Below are positions 1-9,800 of a stretch of DNA of 53,333 nucleotides, piece after piece. Origin of the DNA: Thermodesulfobacteriota bacterium (GTDB lineage Bacteria > Desulfobacterota > Desulfobulbia > Desulfobulbales > SURF-16); contig JBFMAY010000027.1 of the NCBI GenBank assembly GCA_040755455.1, positions 1 to 53,333 of the forward strand. The letters run 5' to 3'. The position numbers were made by a program, and so were the translations under genes. The notes under the pieces were generated by a model. The model saw nothing but the letters and a program-made list of their open reading frames with translations. It did not search any database and had not been told where the DNA came from. How positions within the stretch are numbered: position 1 is the first letter of the stretch; each line of letters starts with the position of its first letter.

Positions 1-191
1 ATCTGCACCACGAATTGTCAGTCCGTTTTTCGGAACTACGCATATAAAAATTACTTGCCAGTGGCTGCATCTGACAAAATGGGAACAAGGGGTTTGTAGC
101 CCCTTCAAACTGAGAGTTTCATATAAACATCGGAGCAAACAGAGAGCACGATTTTTATCCTTTCTCCGTGAACTCAAGTGTGCGCCGTGGT

Positions 192-1598
192 TCATGTTTT
201 CAGCACTCCGCCATTCCCCTCCGGCAGCGCGACGGTTACCTCAGTCCACCCATCTTTGCTGCTGATGCTGATCGTCCCGTTATGCAGCTCGACGATTTTC
301 CTGGCAATGGTGAGTCCCAGTCCGGAACCCCCATGGACGGCGGAACGGGATTTTTCCACCCGGTAAAACTGATCAAAAACCCGTTCTATATCCTCTGGAG
401 GAATTACCTGGCCGGTATTGGCCAGCTTCAGGCAAAGAAAGCCGTTTGCATGCTGCACTGAAATCTTTATCAGCCCATCCCTGCTTTTATTATAGCGGAT
501 TGCGTTATCTATGAGATTGATCAGAAGACGCTGTAATTTTTCCGGATCGCCCTGCAGGGGCAGATTTCCGGGAAAATCCGTGGAAACCTTGATCTGTGTT
601 ACGGCCAGCATATCCCGGTAATCTTCGAGCACCATTTTGATCAGGCCGGCGAGATCTAATGTCTCCAGGTGCAGGGATTCCTGCTGCTCCAGGCGGGAAA
701 GATCCAGCAGGTTCCTGATCAGCTTATTCATCCGGCGCATGGTGTCCAGCTGCCGCTGCAGATCTTTTCTCATGCCCTCAGGCAAGCCGGGCCTAAGCAG
801 CAGCTCTTCCTGAGTCAGCAGCAAAAGGGTGATGGGGCTTTTCAACTCATGGGAAGCATTACCAACAAATTCTTTCTGCTGTTCAAAGGAATACTGCAAG
901 CGGTCAAACATCTGATTCAGGGAAATGGCCAGGGCCGCCAGCTCATCCCGGTGTTCACCCACCGGGATGCGCCTGTCCAGAGATTTTTCCCTGATTTCCC
1001 CCACCAGTCGGTTGATGGAAACCACGGGCTGCATGATCCGGCCGGCAAGCTGATAACTGACAAGAACAATAAGCAGGGTGCAGACTGCCAGCCCTGCCCC
1101 CACTTCACGAAGCAGTTCAAGGAGCTCTTCCTCCAGTTCCTCGATGGGTTTGGCAATGCGCATTATGAGGATGCGTCCGCCCTCTTGCACCTTGATCTCA
1201 CGTACTCGGAACTCGACTTTATCATGGGCATCCTGGTCCAGCCTGATCAACTTTCGCGAAATTGTCTTTTCAACGTTATACCGTGTTTTATCCCCAGCGG
1301 GCTCAATATCGGTAAAGGAGGCAAGGGAAGACTGGTAAAGCACATGACTTTCCCCATCAAAGACCTTAATCCAGTAACGATTCGGGGAATAGGGCAATTT
1401 GGTTTCGTTGATTGTCCATCTTTCGTTGCCACTGCTTTTTCCCTGTTCAAAAAGAGATTCAGCCATGTGGGCCAGTTCCCGGTCAATCAGCCGTATGGGC
1501 TCTTCCAGAAGCTCCAGAAAGATATGGGAGGAAAAAGACACTGCCGCCAGAAGCGCGGTACCGGAAATCCACAAGGTGATCTTCTGTCGGATTTTCAT
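192..1598 (-). CDS. Two-component sensor histidine kinase (2 TM, HAMP, HisKA, HATPase; CusS/ArlS-like)
   Basis: H-box FVGNASHELKSP, N-box NLIDNAIRY, G2 box GGSGLGL, HAMP region DELAALAISLNQM, two hydrophobic segments. Confidence 0.92.
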   Translation of the reverse strand: MKIRQKITLWISGTALLAAVSFSSHIFLELLEEPIRLIDRELAHMAESLFEQGKSSGNERWTINETKLPYSPNRYWIKVFDGESHVLYQSSLASFTDIEPAGDKTRYNVEKTISRKLIRLDQDAHDKVEFRVREIKVQEGGRILIMRIAKPIEELEEELLELLREVGAGLAVCTLLIVLVSYQLAGRIMQPVVSINRLVGEIREKSLDRRIPVGEHRDELAALAISLNQMFDRLQYSFEQQKEFVGNASHELKSPITLLLLTQEELLLRPGLPEGMRKDLQRQLDTMRRMNKLIRNLLDLSRLEQQESLHLETLDLAGLIKMVLEDYRDMLAVTQIKVSTDFPGNLPLQGDPEKLQRLLINLIDNAIRYNKSRDGLIKISVQHANGFLCLKLANTGQVIPPEDIERVFDQFYRVEKSRSAVHGGSGLGLTIARKIVELHNGTISISSKDGWTEVTVALPEGNGGVLKT

Positions 1599-1607
1599 TT
1601 TCGCTTG

Positions 1608-2285
1608 TCAGTCGTCTATGATAAAGCCCACGCCGCGGATGGTCCGGATGATGGAACTCGCGGAACCTTCAGCAGCCTTAAGCTTCTGTCGGAGATTTTT
1701 CATATGGACATCAATGAAATTGGACATGGTAAAGGGATCGAAATCATCGCCCCAGACATGCTCGGCCAGATTAAAGCGGGAGACGGCCCTGCCTCGGTTA
1801 TAGAGTAAAAATTCAAGAATGGCGAATTCTTTAGCCGTCAGGGAAACAGGCTCTCCCTGCCTGGTAACGGTGCGGCTCACGGTATTGAGTGTTATCGGCC
1901 CGGCTGTGAGGACAGGGTCCCGCTCTCCTCTCCGCCTCAGCATAGCCCGTATGCGGGCTAGCAGCTCGGCCATGGAAAAGGGTTTGGCCAGGTAATCGTC
2001 TGCTCCATGGTTCAACCCCCTGACCCTGTCGTCTATATCACCTCTTGCCGTGAGCATGAGAACAGGCATTTTCAATCCCGCCTGGCGTACCTCCTTAAGC
2101 ACCGCCAGACCATTCAGTTTCGGAAGCATGATGTCAAGCAGGACCAGATCATAGGTGTCATTCCATATCTTATCCAGCGCCTCTTCACCATCAGCAGCCT
2201 CTTCCACCCGGTAATGCTGGCCCTCCAGCACCCTGCGCAGTTGATTGCGCAGCTCCTGTTCATCATCGACAATTAAAATATTCAT
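1608..2285 (-). CDS. OmpR/PhoB-family response regulator, cognate of the adjacent kinase
   Basis: ILIVDDE, LLDIMLP, GADDYLAKPF, C-terminal IRTIRGVGF winged helix; 9 bp upstream of the kinase start. Confidence 0.95.
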   Translation of the reverse strand: MNILIVDDEQELRNQLRRVLEGQHYRVEEAADGEEALDKIWNDTYDLVLLDIMLPKLNGLAVLKEVRQAGLKMPVLMLTARGDIDDRVRGLNHGADDYLAKPFSMAELLARIRAMLRRRGERDPVLTAGPITLNTVSRTVTRQGEPVSLTAKEFAILEFLLYNRGRAVSRFNLAEHVWGDDFDPFTMSNFIDVHMKNLRQKLKAAEGSASSIIRTIRGVGFIIDD

Positions 2286-2701
2286 AGAGTATCGGCAGTT
2301 GTTACAAAAAATGTCTGCAAACTCCCTTCCCGAATTGATAAGAAAAGTTTCCTGAAGCCGGCCGATCCTATGGCAGTTTATATCTAACCTTCCTATGATA
2401 TCATCTTATATAAGGTATAATTTATATCGCAATTAACAATTTGACCTATAAATAAAATTTTATAGATGTATTGATGCAATTTGTCTGGGTAGAAGGAGAA
2501 ATACTCTATATATGCCAGCTTGGCTCTGATCGCCTTTTATTTTTTTTGCAGCACTCTTTTCCTGCACAGATCTCTCAACCGGTCAACCAGACCAGGCAGC
2601 ATTCGTGGGCTGGTGCTTCTTGCCATCTACTGCCGGCTTTTCTCATTTCCCCATCTTCTTTTTGTTGCACTATTTTGTCGGGAATCTGCCTTGCAAAAAA
2701 A

Positions 2702-2730
2702 TTGACAATAATTCTTATCTGCCCTAACAT
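2702..2730 (+). promoter_or_regulatory. Candidate sigma70 promoter for the solute-binding protein/MCP operon
   Basis: TTGACA-17 nt-TAACAT in an AT-rich divergent intergenic region. Confidence 0.55.
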
Positions 2731-2803
2731 TTTATTGGGAAGGGTCCCATTGTATTTGCGGCCGTGCTGGTCAGCATCGTACATTTAACAGGGAGGGAAA
2801 TAA

Positions 2804-3694
2804 ATGAACTTGTTGAAACCATTAGCTGTTGTCTGTCTTGCTGTTGCGTTGTCCACTGTTTTCGCCGGCATCTCCTCGGCTGAAATCAAAATAGGGGTTC
2901 TGGCCCTGCGTGGTCCGGAAAAGGCCGTGCAGCAATGGGGGCCGACCGGTGAATATCTGAGCGCCAAGCTCGGGGAAAAGGTGGTCATTGTTCCTCTCAA
3001 GTTTGAGGCCGTTGATCCCGTGGTCAAGGATGGCCAGGTCGATTTCCTGCTGGCCAATTCCGCCATGTTTGTGGAAATGGAGAAAAAATACCAGGCCCGT
3101 GCCGTGGCGACCCTGGTCAACTCCGTGGATGGCAAACCCATGGACAGATTCGGCGGGGTTATCTTTGTCAAGAACGACAGCCCGGTCCAGAAGCTGGAGG
3201 ATATCCGGGGGAAAAAATTCATGGTGGTTGATTTTGCCTCATTCGGCGGCGGCCAGATGGCATGGAAGGTTCTGCTCGATGCCGGGATAGACCCGCAGAA
3301 GGATCTGGCCGCCTTTCTGGAAGGGAAAAAGCATGACAATGTGGTTCTGTCGGTGCTGAACGGGGTGGCTGATGTCGGGTCGGTCCGTACCGACATCATG
3401 GAGCGCATGCAGAGCGAGGGCAAGATCAAGATGTCTGATTTCCGCATCATCAACCAGATCAAAGACGATTTTCCCTATGTGCACAGCACCATACTCTACC
3501 CGGAATGGCCCATGGCCGCCATGGCCAAGACTCCTGACGCCGCAGCCGCAAAGATTGCCGAGGCGCTGAAGGGAATCACCCCCGGATCTCCCGAGGCCAA
3601 GGCCGGGGAGATTCTCGGCTGGAAAGATCCGGCTGATTACAGCACGGTGCGGGAATGTCTGACAACGATTAAATTTGGCGCCTTTGCCAATTAG
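2804..3694 (+). CDS. PhnD/phosphate-phosphonate-type periplasmic substrate-binding protein
   Basis: Signal peptide, IGVLALRG, SFGG, HDNVVLSVLNGVADVG, TILYPEWP motifs; GGAGGG RBS. Confidence 0.8.
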   Translation: MNLLKPLAVVCLAVALSTVFAGISSAEIKIGVLALRGPEKAVQQWGPTGEYLSAKLGEKVVIVPLKFEAVDPVVKDGQVDFLLANSAMFVEMEKKYQARAVATLVNSVDGKPMDRFGGVIFVKNDSPVQKLEDIRGKKFMVVDFASFGGGQMAWKVLLDAGIDPQKDLAAFLEGKKHDNVVLSVLNGVADVGSVRTDIMERMQSEGKIKMSDFRIINQIKDDFPYVHSTILYPEWPMAAMAKTPDAAAAKIAEALKGITPGSPEAKAGEILGWKDPADYSTVRECLTTIKFGAFAN

Positions 3695-3728
3695 CCGCCC
3701 TTGTGGGTGGCGCCTTGAATCTGCGGAT

Positions 3729-3752
3729 GGAAACAGGCACGTGCCTGTTTCC
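3729..3752. repeat. Perfect 24-bp palindrome between the SBP and MCP genes
   Basis: GGAAACAGGCAC|GTGCCTGTTTCC. Confidence 0.75.
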
Positions 3753-3771
3753 CCCTGGCCTGGAGAGCGTC

Positions 3772-5346
3772 ATGCGAAAGAGAAAAGGTATTGCCGTAAA
3801 ATTCATGGTGATTGTCTCTGTCATCAGCACGGTTCTGTTTTCGGCCCTGACGCTGGTGATCATTCAGACCTCGTCACGGGCACAGACCCAACAGGCCGAG
3901 GGGTTCAAAGGCGTGATTGGCGAGCTGCTTGCCCAGGAGAAACAGGCATTGAGCGCCGAGCTGGGGAAAAAAGGCCAGTCCATCACGGACCTGCTGGGCC
4001 TGAGCGCTGCTCCGTTAATTCTCGGCTATGATTTTGATGCCCTGCAGAAATTGGCTGACAATGCCATGAAGGATAAAAGCATTGTCTATGTGACCTTTTA
4101 CGGCCCGGAGGGAAATGCCCTCACCAAGGCGGTGGAAAAGACGGAAGGGGATCTGCAAACCATGCAGGCGGAGATTTCCTTTGAGGGCAAGGTGATCGGC
4201 CGAGTTGATCTTGGCCTCAGTCTGGCTCTGATCCGGCAGAAAGATGAGGAGGCGGCCTTGCGCAATAGCAAGCTCGCCGCCCAGACCGACGCGGATCTGC
4301 GGAGGGCAAACCGGAATTTGATGTATGTCGTGCTTGTCAGTGCAATCACCGGTGTGCTCGCGCTCTGTGCGGCAATTTTTGTCAGTCTGCGGCGCTATGT
4401 GGTGCAGCCGGTCAAGCATGTTGCGGCAGGGCTCATTCATGGGGCAAGCGAGGTGACTGGCGCCTCGCTTCAGCTGCAAACCTCAAGCCAGCAGCTTGCT
4501 GACGGGGCGGCCAAACAGGCGGCCTCACTGGAGGAGACATCCGCCTCCCTGGAAGAGCTGCTGGTGATGACCAAAAAAAATTCGGAAAATGCTCACCATG
4601 GTGATGTTTTCATGCAGGATGCCCAGGCTGTGGTGGAAAAGGCGAATCACTCCATGGCCAGACAGACGGCCTCCATGGATGCCATTTCCCGTTCAAGCGA
4701 AGAGACATCAAAAATAATTAAAACAATCGATGAGATCGCTTTTCAGACCAATCTCCTTGCCTTGAACGCTGCCGTGGAGGCGGCAAGGGCCGGAGAGGCG
4801 GGTGCCGGTTTTGCCGTGGTGGCGGATGAGGTGAGGAATCTGGCGATGCGTGCCGCGGAAGCGGCCAAGGACACCGAAAAACTGATTGAGGGCATTGTCA
4901 AACAGGTCCGGCAGGGTGCAGAGCTTGTCCACCAGACGAATGCGGAATTTTCCAGCATGACGGAAAAGATCGCCCAGGTGGGAACCCTGATCAGCGAGAT
5001 TGCCGAGGCCTCAAATGAGCAGAACGTTGGTATCGATCACATCAGCACGGCCATGGCCCAGATCGATAAGGTGACCCAGCATGCGTCGGCGAATGCTGAA
5101 AATTCGGCAAGCTCGGCAACCAGTCTGCATGCGCAGGCGGAAAATCTGCAGAAATATGTCGGAGATCTGCTGTCCTTGATCGGCGCAAGCAAGGTGTCTG
5201 CCGATCTGGCGCAATCGCCGGGCAAAGACAGGGTGGAGGAAGAGGGGAGCGAACCGCAACCAATGCCGCGCCATGCAGTCCGGAAAAAAGAGGTGAAGGC
5301 CATTGCGCAGGACACCCCCGATGCGGCGGAATTTGAAAATTTTTAA
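3772..5346 (+). CDS. Methyl-accepting chemotaxis protein
   Basis: IAFQTNLLALNAAVEAARAGEAGAGFAVVADEVRNLA signalling hairpin, two TMs, C-terminal EFENF pentapeptide; start moved to ATG 3772 after GGAGAG. Confidence 0.93.
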   Translation: MRKRKGIAVKFMVIVSVISTVLFSALTLVIIQTSSRAQTQQAEGFKGVIGELLAQEKQALSAELGKKGQSITDLLGLSAAPLILGYDFDALQKLADNAMKDKSIVYVTFYGPEGNALTKAVEKTEGDLQTMQAEISFEGKVIGRVDLGLSLALIRQKDEEAALRNSKLAAQTDADLRRANRNLMYVVLVSAITGVLALCAAIFVSLRRYVVQPVKHVAAGLIHGASEVTGASLQLQTSSQQLADGAAKQAASLEETSASLEELLVMTKKNSENAHHGDVFMQDAQAVVEKANHSMARQTASMDAISRSSEETSKIIKTIDEIAFQTNLLALNAAVEAARAGEAGAGFAVVADEVRNLAMRAAEAAKDTEKLIEGIVKQVRQGAELVHQTNAEFSSMTEKIAQVGTLISEIAEASNEQNVGIDHISTAMAQIDKVTQHASANAENSASSATSLHAQAENLQKYVGDLLSLIGASKVSADLAQSPGKDRVEEEGSEPQPMPRHAVRKKEVKAIAQDTPDAAEFENF

Positions 5347-5385
5347 TTAAACAGCGGGAAGCGGATTCCCCTGGCAAACCGGGCG

Positions 5386-6360
5386 TCAGCTGTTATATTT
5401 TTCTTCGCAGGAGAGGAGAATTTCCTTTTGGGCGCCGGCCAGCGCCTCTTTGGCCTGTTTGATATCCTCGGCGATCTGGCCGGCCAGCTCTTTGGGCCCG
5501 GAAAATTTTTTCTCGGCCCGCAGAAATTTGAGCAGGTTGATCTTGATCGGTTTGCCGTAAATATCCTCATTGAAGTCAAAAATGTGCGTCTCCGCCGAAA
5601 GCCGCTCATCGCCAAAGGTGGGGTTGTAGCCGATGTTGAGGACGCCGCCGTAACATTTGCCGTTGTATATGACCTGGGTCACATAGACCCCGTGCCTGGG
5701 GCAGAGGTCTTCTTCTGAGATATGGAGATTGGCGGTGGGAAAGCCGAGTTCCACCCCGCCCCGCTGCTTGCCCCTTTTCACCTCGCCCCTGATCTGATAG
5801 AAGCGGCCCAGGAGGTTTTTCACCTCCCGCATGCTGCCGGCGCTGACCAGCTCCCGAACTTTGGTGCTGCTGGCCAGCACCCCATCCACATAATAGGGCT
5901 CAACCACCGTGACCGGGAAATTTTTCTGCTCCCCCTGCTTTTTGAGAAAATTGATGTCGCCTTCCCGGCCTTTGCCAAAGGCATAATCATAACCGACAAC
6001 CAGTTCCTGCAGGCCGATGATGCCGATGAGGACCTTGTCGACGAAATTGACGGCGGAGGTGGCGGCAAAATCCCTGGTAAAGGGGATGATGATCAGCACG
6101 TCAAGACCGGCCTGCTCAATGAGTTCGCGTTTCTGTTCGCAGTTGGAGATGAGCTTGATGCCGATATCGGGCCGCACCACCTTCAGGGGATGGGGATTGA
6201 AGGTGATGGCCACGCTGGTGCCGTGATTCTTGTAGGCTTTGCTCATCACTTCGCTGAAGAGCATCTGATGGCCCAGGTGCACACCGTCAAAGTTGCCGAT
6301 GGTGACAAAGGGGTTGGCAATGGGTTCGGTGATTTCGGAGAGATCGGTGTATATTTTCAT
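5386..6360 (-). CDS. ribF: Bifunctional riboflavin kinase/FAD synthetase
   Basis: TIGNFDGVHLGHQ, SSTKVR, LGFPTAN, NIGYNPTF, ETHIFDF. Confidence 0.96.
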   Translation of the reverse strand: MKIYTDLSEITEPIANPFVTIGNFDGVHLGHQMLFSEVMSKAYKNHGTSVAITFNPHPLKVVRPDIGIKLISNCEQKRELIEQAGLDVLIIIPFTRDFAATSAVNFVDKVLIGIIGLQELVVGYDYAFGKGREGDINFLKKQGEQKNFPVTVVEPYYVDGVLASSTKVRELVSAGSMREVKNLLGRFYQIRGEVKRGKQRGGVELGFPTANLHISEEDLCPRHGVYVTQVIYNGKCYGGVLNIGYNPTFGDERLSAETHIFDFNEDIYGKPIKINLLKFLRAEKKFSGPKELAGQIAEDIKQAKEALAGAQKEILLSCEEKYNS

Positions 6361-6549
6361 GGTGACAATGATAATCACAAAGCCGCAATGTCTCAAGATT
6401 GAAAATTGATAATCCCGTAAAAAGTCTCCGGGCTGGCCGGCACTGCATGCTGAATCAGTGGCGTCAAGGGCCTGAAACCGATGAAAGCCTATTTGGCCGA
6501 TTGCAAAAAATGGTATTTTCCGATGACAAAAAATACCTCACGAAAAAGC

Positions 6550-6579
6550 TTGACAAAAGAGAGGCAAATTCGGTAAATA
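6550..6579 (+). promoter_or_regulatory. Candidate sigma70 promoter of tRNA-Leu
   Basis: TTGACA-18 nt-TAAATA just upstream of the tRNA. Confidence 0.45.
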
Positions 6580-6594
6580 AGCTCTTCACGCAAT

Positions 6595-6681
6595 GCCGAA
6601 GTGGCGGAACTGGTAGACGCGCTAGGTTCAGGGTCTAGTGGGAGTATTCCTGTGCGAGTTCGAGTCTCGCCTTCGGCACCA
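6595..6681 (+). tRNA. tRNA-Leu (anticodon CAG)
   Basis: GCCGAAG/CTTCGGC acceptor stem, D loop with TGGTAGAC, anticodon arm CTAGG-TTCAGGG-TCTAG, long variable arm, GTTCGAGTC T loop, encoded CCA. Confidence 0.97.
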
Positions 6682-6691
6682 GAGAAGTTTC

Positions 6692-6720
6692 AGCCTGTCT
6701 TTTGACAGGCTTTTTTTTTT
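6692..6720 (+). terminator. Intrinsic terminator after tRNA-Leu
   Basis: AGCCTGTC-TTTT-GACAGGCT followed by a T tract. Confidence 0.85.
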
Positions 6721-6857
6721 GCCAAAAACCCCGGCGCAGAAAGGCCGGAAACAGGAACGGCAGCCTGCCGCATCGCGGGGCTGCCGTTTCTGTTTGTTGC
6801 TAGCTGCGTATTTCTAATCTGCTGCTGTTTTCTTTTTCAATGTGTTTTTACCTCCGA

Positions 6858-9800
6858 TTACTGGATTCGGTAGTTTATACTTCTCTGTGCCTCAAAGCCG
6901 GCCACAGAGCCGACGCTGCGAACCCTGACATTAATGGTGGTGAGTCCGATATCCGCCTGCCTCGTCCTCCACACGAATCTCCTGCTGGTTGAGTAACCCT
7001 GGACAACTACCCATGCGTTGTTTGTCCGTGGGCCCCTTATCCTGAAGAGATATTCGTAGGTGCCGCTACCCCCTGAGCCGTTCGCGGTGAAGGTAACCTG
7101 AGTACCTGCCCTGCGAGGTGAGGCTGGAGTTGCCCCCAGGGTAACGTCGGTGGCCGGCGGGGGAACGGCTCGGTAAATCATACTTGCGGCGGCCTCGGAG
7201 TCAGTCAGGGAACCGGCGCTGCGCACATCAACCACCACGGTGGTGTCGGCCCCGATATCAGCCATCGTCGGGGTCCACAGCAGTAAGTTGCCGGCCGAGT
7301 AAGGCTGGACCACAGTCAGCACGTTATTTGTTCCAGGGCCATTGATGCTGAACCTGTATTCATAGGTGCCGCTGCCGCCTGCGCCGGCGGCGGTAAAGGT
7401 TACCTGGGTGCCGGTCACCTGGGGAGAGGCTGGAGTTGCCCCCAGGGTAGCGCCAGTGGCCGGCGGGGGAACGGCTCGGTAAATCAGACTTGCGGCGGCC
7501 TCGGAGCCAGCCGTGGAACCGGCGCTGCGTACATCGACCACCACGGTGGTGTTGCCGATATCGGTGAGGGCCGGGGTCCACAGGAAGGTGCTGCTGGCCG
7601 AATAAGCCCGCACCACAGTCAGCACGTTATTTGTTCCAGGGCCATTGATGCTAAACCTGTATTCATAGGTGCCGCTGCCGCCTGCGCCGCCCGCGGTAAA
7701 GGTCACCTGGGTGCCGGACAGCTGCGGTGAGGGCGGATTGGCCGCCAGAGTGGCCCCCGTTGCCGGAGGAGGAGCAGTGGCGTTGCCGGTCGCCGTGTTG
7801 GAGAATGGCGAACTGCCGGCAGCGTTATAGGCGCTGACCCGGTAATCGTAACTGGTATTCGGGCCAGCAGTGGCATCGCTGTAGCTCGTCGCATTGGCCA
7901 GGGCTGTTCCTATTTGGGTAAAGGAATTTCCCCCGGCCGGCGAACGCTCGACAATAAAGCCGACCTCATTGGCACTGTTGCCGAAGGTGTTGAGGTTAGT
8001 GTAATCAACCGGAGTGGTGTCGTTCCAGGTGAGATCCACCTGGGTGGTGCCGCTTGAAGCAAGAAGGCTGGTCGGTGCTTCGGGCAGCAGTTCTAAAAAG
8101 TTGAAAATAACCGGCCGCATCATGTCGTTCTCTTCATGGCTGAGAATATGGCAGTGAATGACGTACTCCCAGTCAAAGTTGAACATTTCATTGGTGGTCG
8201 GGGGGTTGACTGGCTGGCCGGTCAGCGGGTCAAGGTTGGTGAAGCCGTTGCTGGAGCCGATGGGCTCCATGGGATTTAACGGGCGGATGCTTTCCGGAAC
8301 ACCGAATGGCAGGTCTGGGGAGACCGGGCGCATGGCGACGATGGTGTCCTCCAGCGGGCTGATTCTCACTGTATCTTTCCAGCCCAGCTCATTGGGGTCA
8401 GGCAGCCTGATGAAACCATCCCACCCGACCCGGTTGATGACCTGTACATCATAAAGATGGAAGTGCAGCGGATGGGTGTCAACGCCATTGTGGGTAATCT
8501 TCCAGATCTGTACCTCGTTATCATTGAGAACCTCGGTTGACGGATCAACGTAGTTCTGCACGATAAAGGTCTGGATACCCGCGGAGGTCTGCGCCATTTC
8601 AAGACCGATTTTGGCGCTCATCCGGCCGTAATCATCAAAAACTTCCCCCATTTCATCCTGGATTGACTTAGGCTGCATGGCAACCGTCTGGACTATGCCA
8701 TTAACGTCCCTGAAGCTGAGGGAGTTGTCCTGGATGCGGGAGATACCCCAGTTCGGGTACGTTGTCGGGAAAGTGGTGTTGTAGGTTGTATTGTAGGCAC
8801 TCTGGCCCACGATAATGGGATTCTGCCCCTGCTGAAAGACGCCGGGGCCTCCACCGGCAGGATCGAATGCCTGCTGCAGAGCGGTCAGGTCAAAGGGAAC
8901 ACCTGCCCCGGCCGCAACCTTGATCTGCATGATGGTCCGGGTGTTGGGCCCCATCCCCACCAGAGTCGGGGCGGCGCCGCCCGCTTCGGTCATGTCCGGA
9001 TTACCGGTAAAATAATCGTAATGCGGATCAAGGGCAGGCCAGGGCGCGGGGGCGTCATTGTAAAGAATCAGCGTTTTGCCGGCAAACTGGGAGAAGTCTA
9101 CGATCACATCCACCCGTTCCGCCGGGCCGAGAATCACCGTGCCATTGTTGACGTTGCCGGCATTGAAGGTGGTCACGTCATTGTTCCAGGTGACCGGCTG
9201 GTTCTGGCGCACCACCGGCTGCGGCAGGAAGCCGCCCTCGGTACCGATCTGGATGAAATCTGGTCCGGCTGTTTTCCAGTCCGGCGCACCGCCGGGTCTG
9301 CCGTCCGTCGGCCAAGTGGCCGGCCAGGTGGCATCCCCGGAATAATCATAGGCCGGCACCATTTTCACTTCCGTGTCAACGGCGCAGGTCGGGCATCCGG
9401 CCGGAACCGTGGTGTCAGCCTCATAGAGCTGCAGGTTGAAGAACCGGTCATGGGCTGCGTTGAGAATCCGCAAGCGGTACGGGCGAGGTTCGACCTCCAG
9501 GTAAGGGTAAGCCGTGCCATTGATGACCGGGGTATCCAGGAAGGCCTCGGCACCCCAGGAGGGGTTGGGCGTTCCGGGAATCTCCGGCGCCTGGCAGAAG
9601 CCGGCGTAGCTGCCCGGGGTGGTGGCATCGGCCGGGTCGCAGTTCACACTGTAGTACGGGTTGGCCACCGGACCGTAAGGCACACCGGTGGTAGGCGGCC
9701 AGAACCAGGGCCCATAGGCCCAGCGGCCCATGGGGGCAATACCGCTCATGTCATAGGGGTTCTGGGCCGGCATGTAAACGTGCGGCCACCAGAGATCGCC

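Noticed and set aside
1..191. Possible gene end or repeat at the left edge
   Set aside because: Too short and featureless to assign
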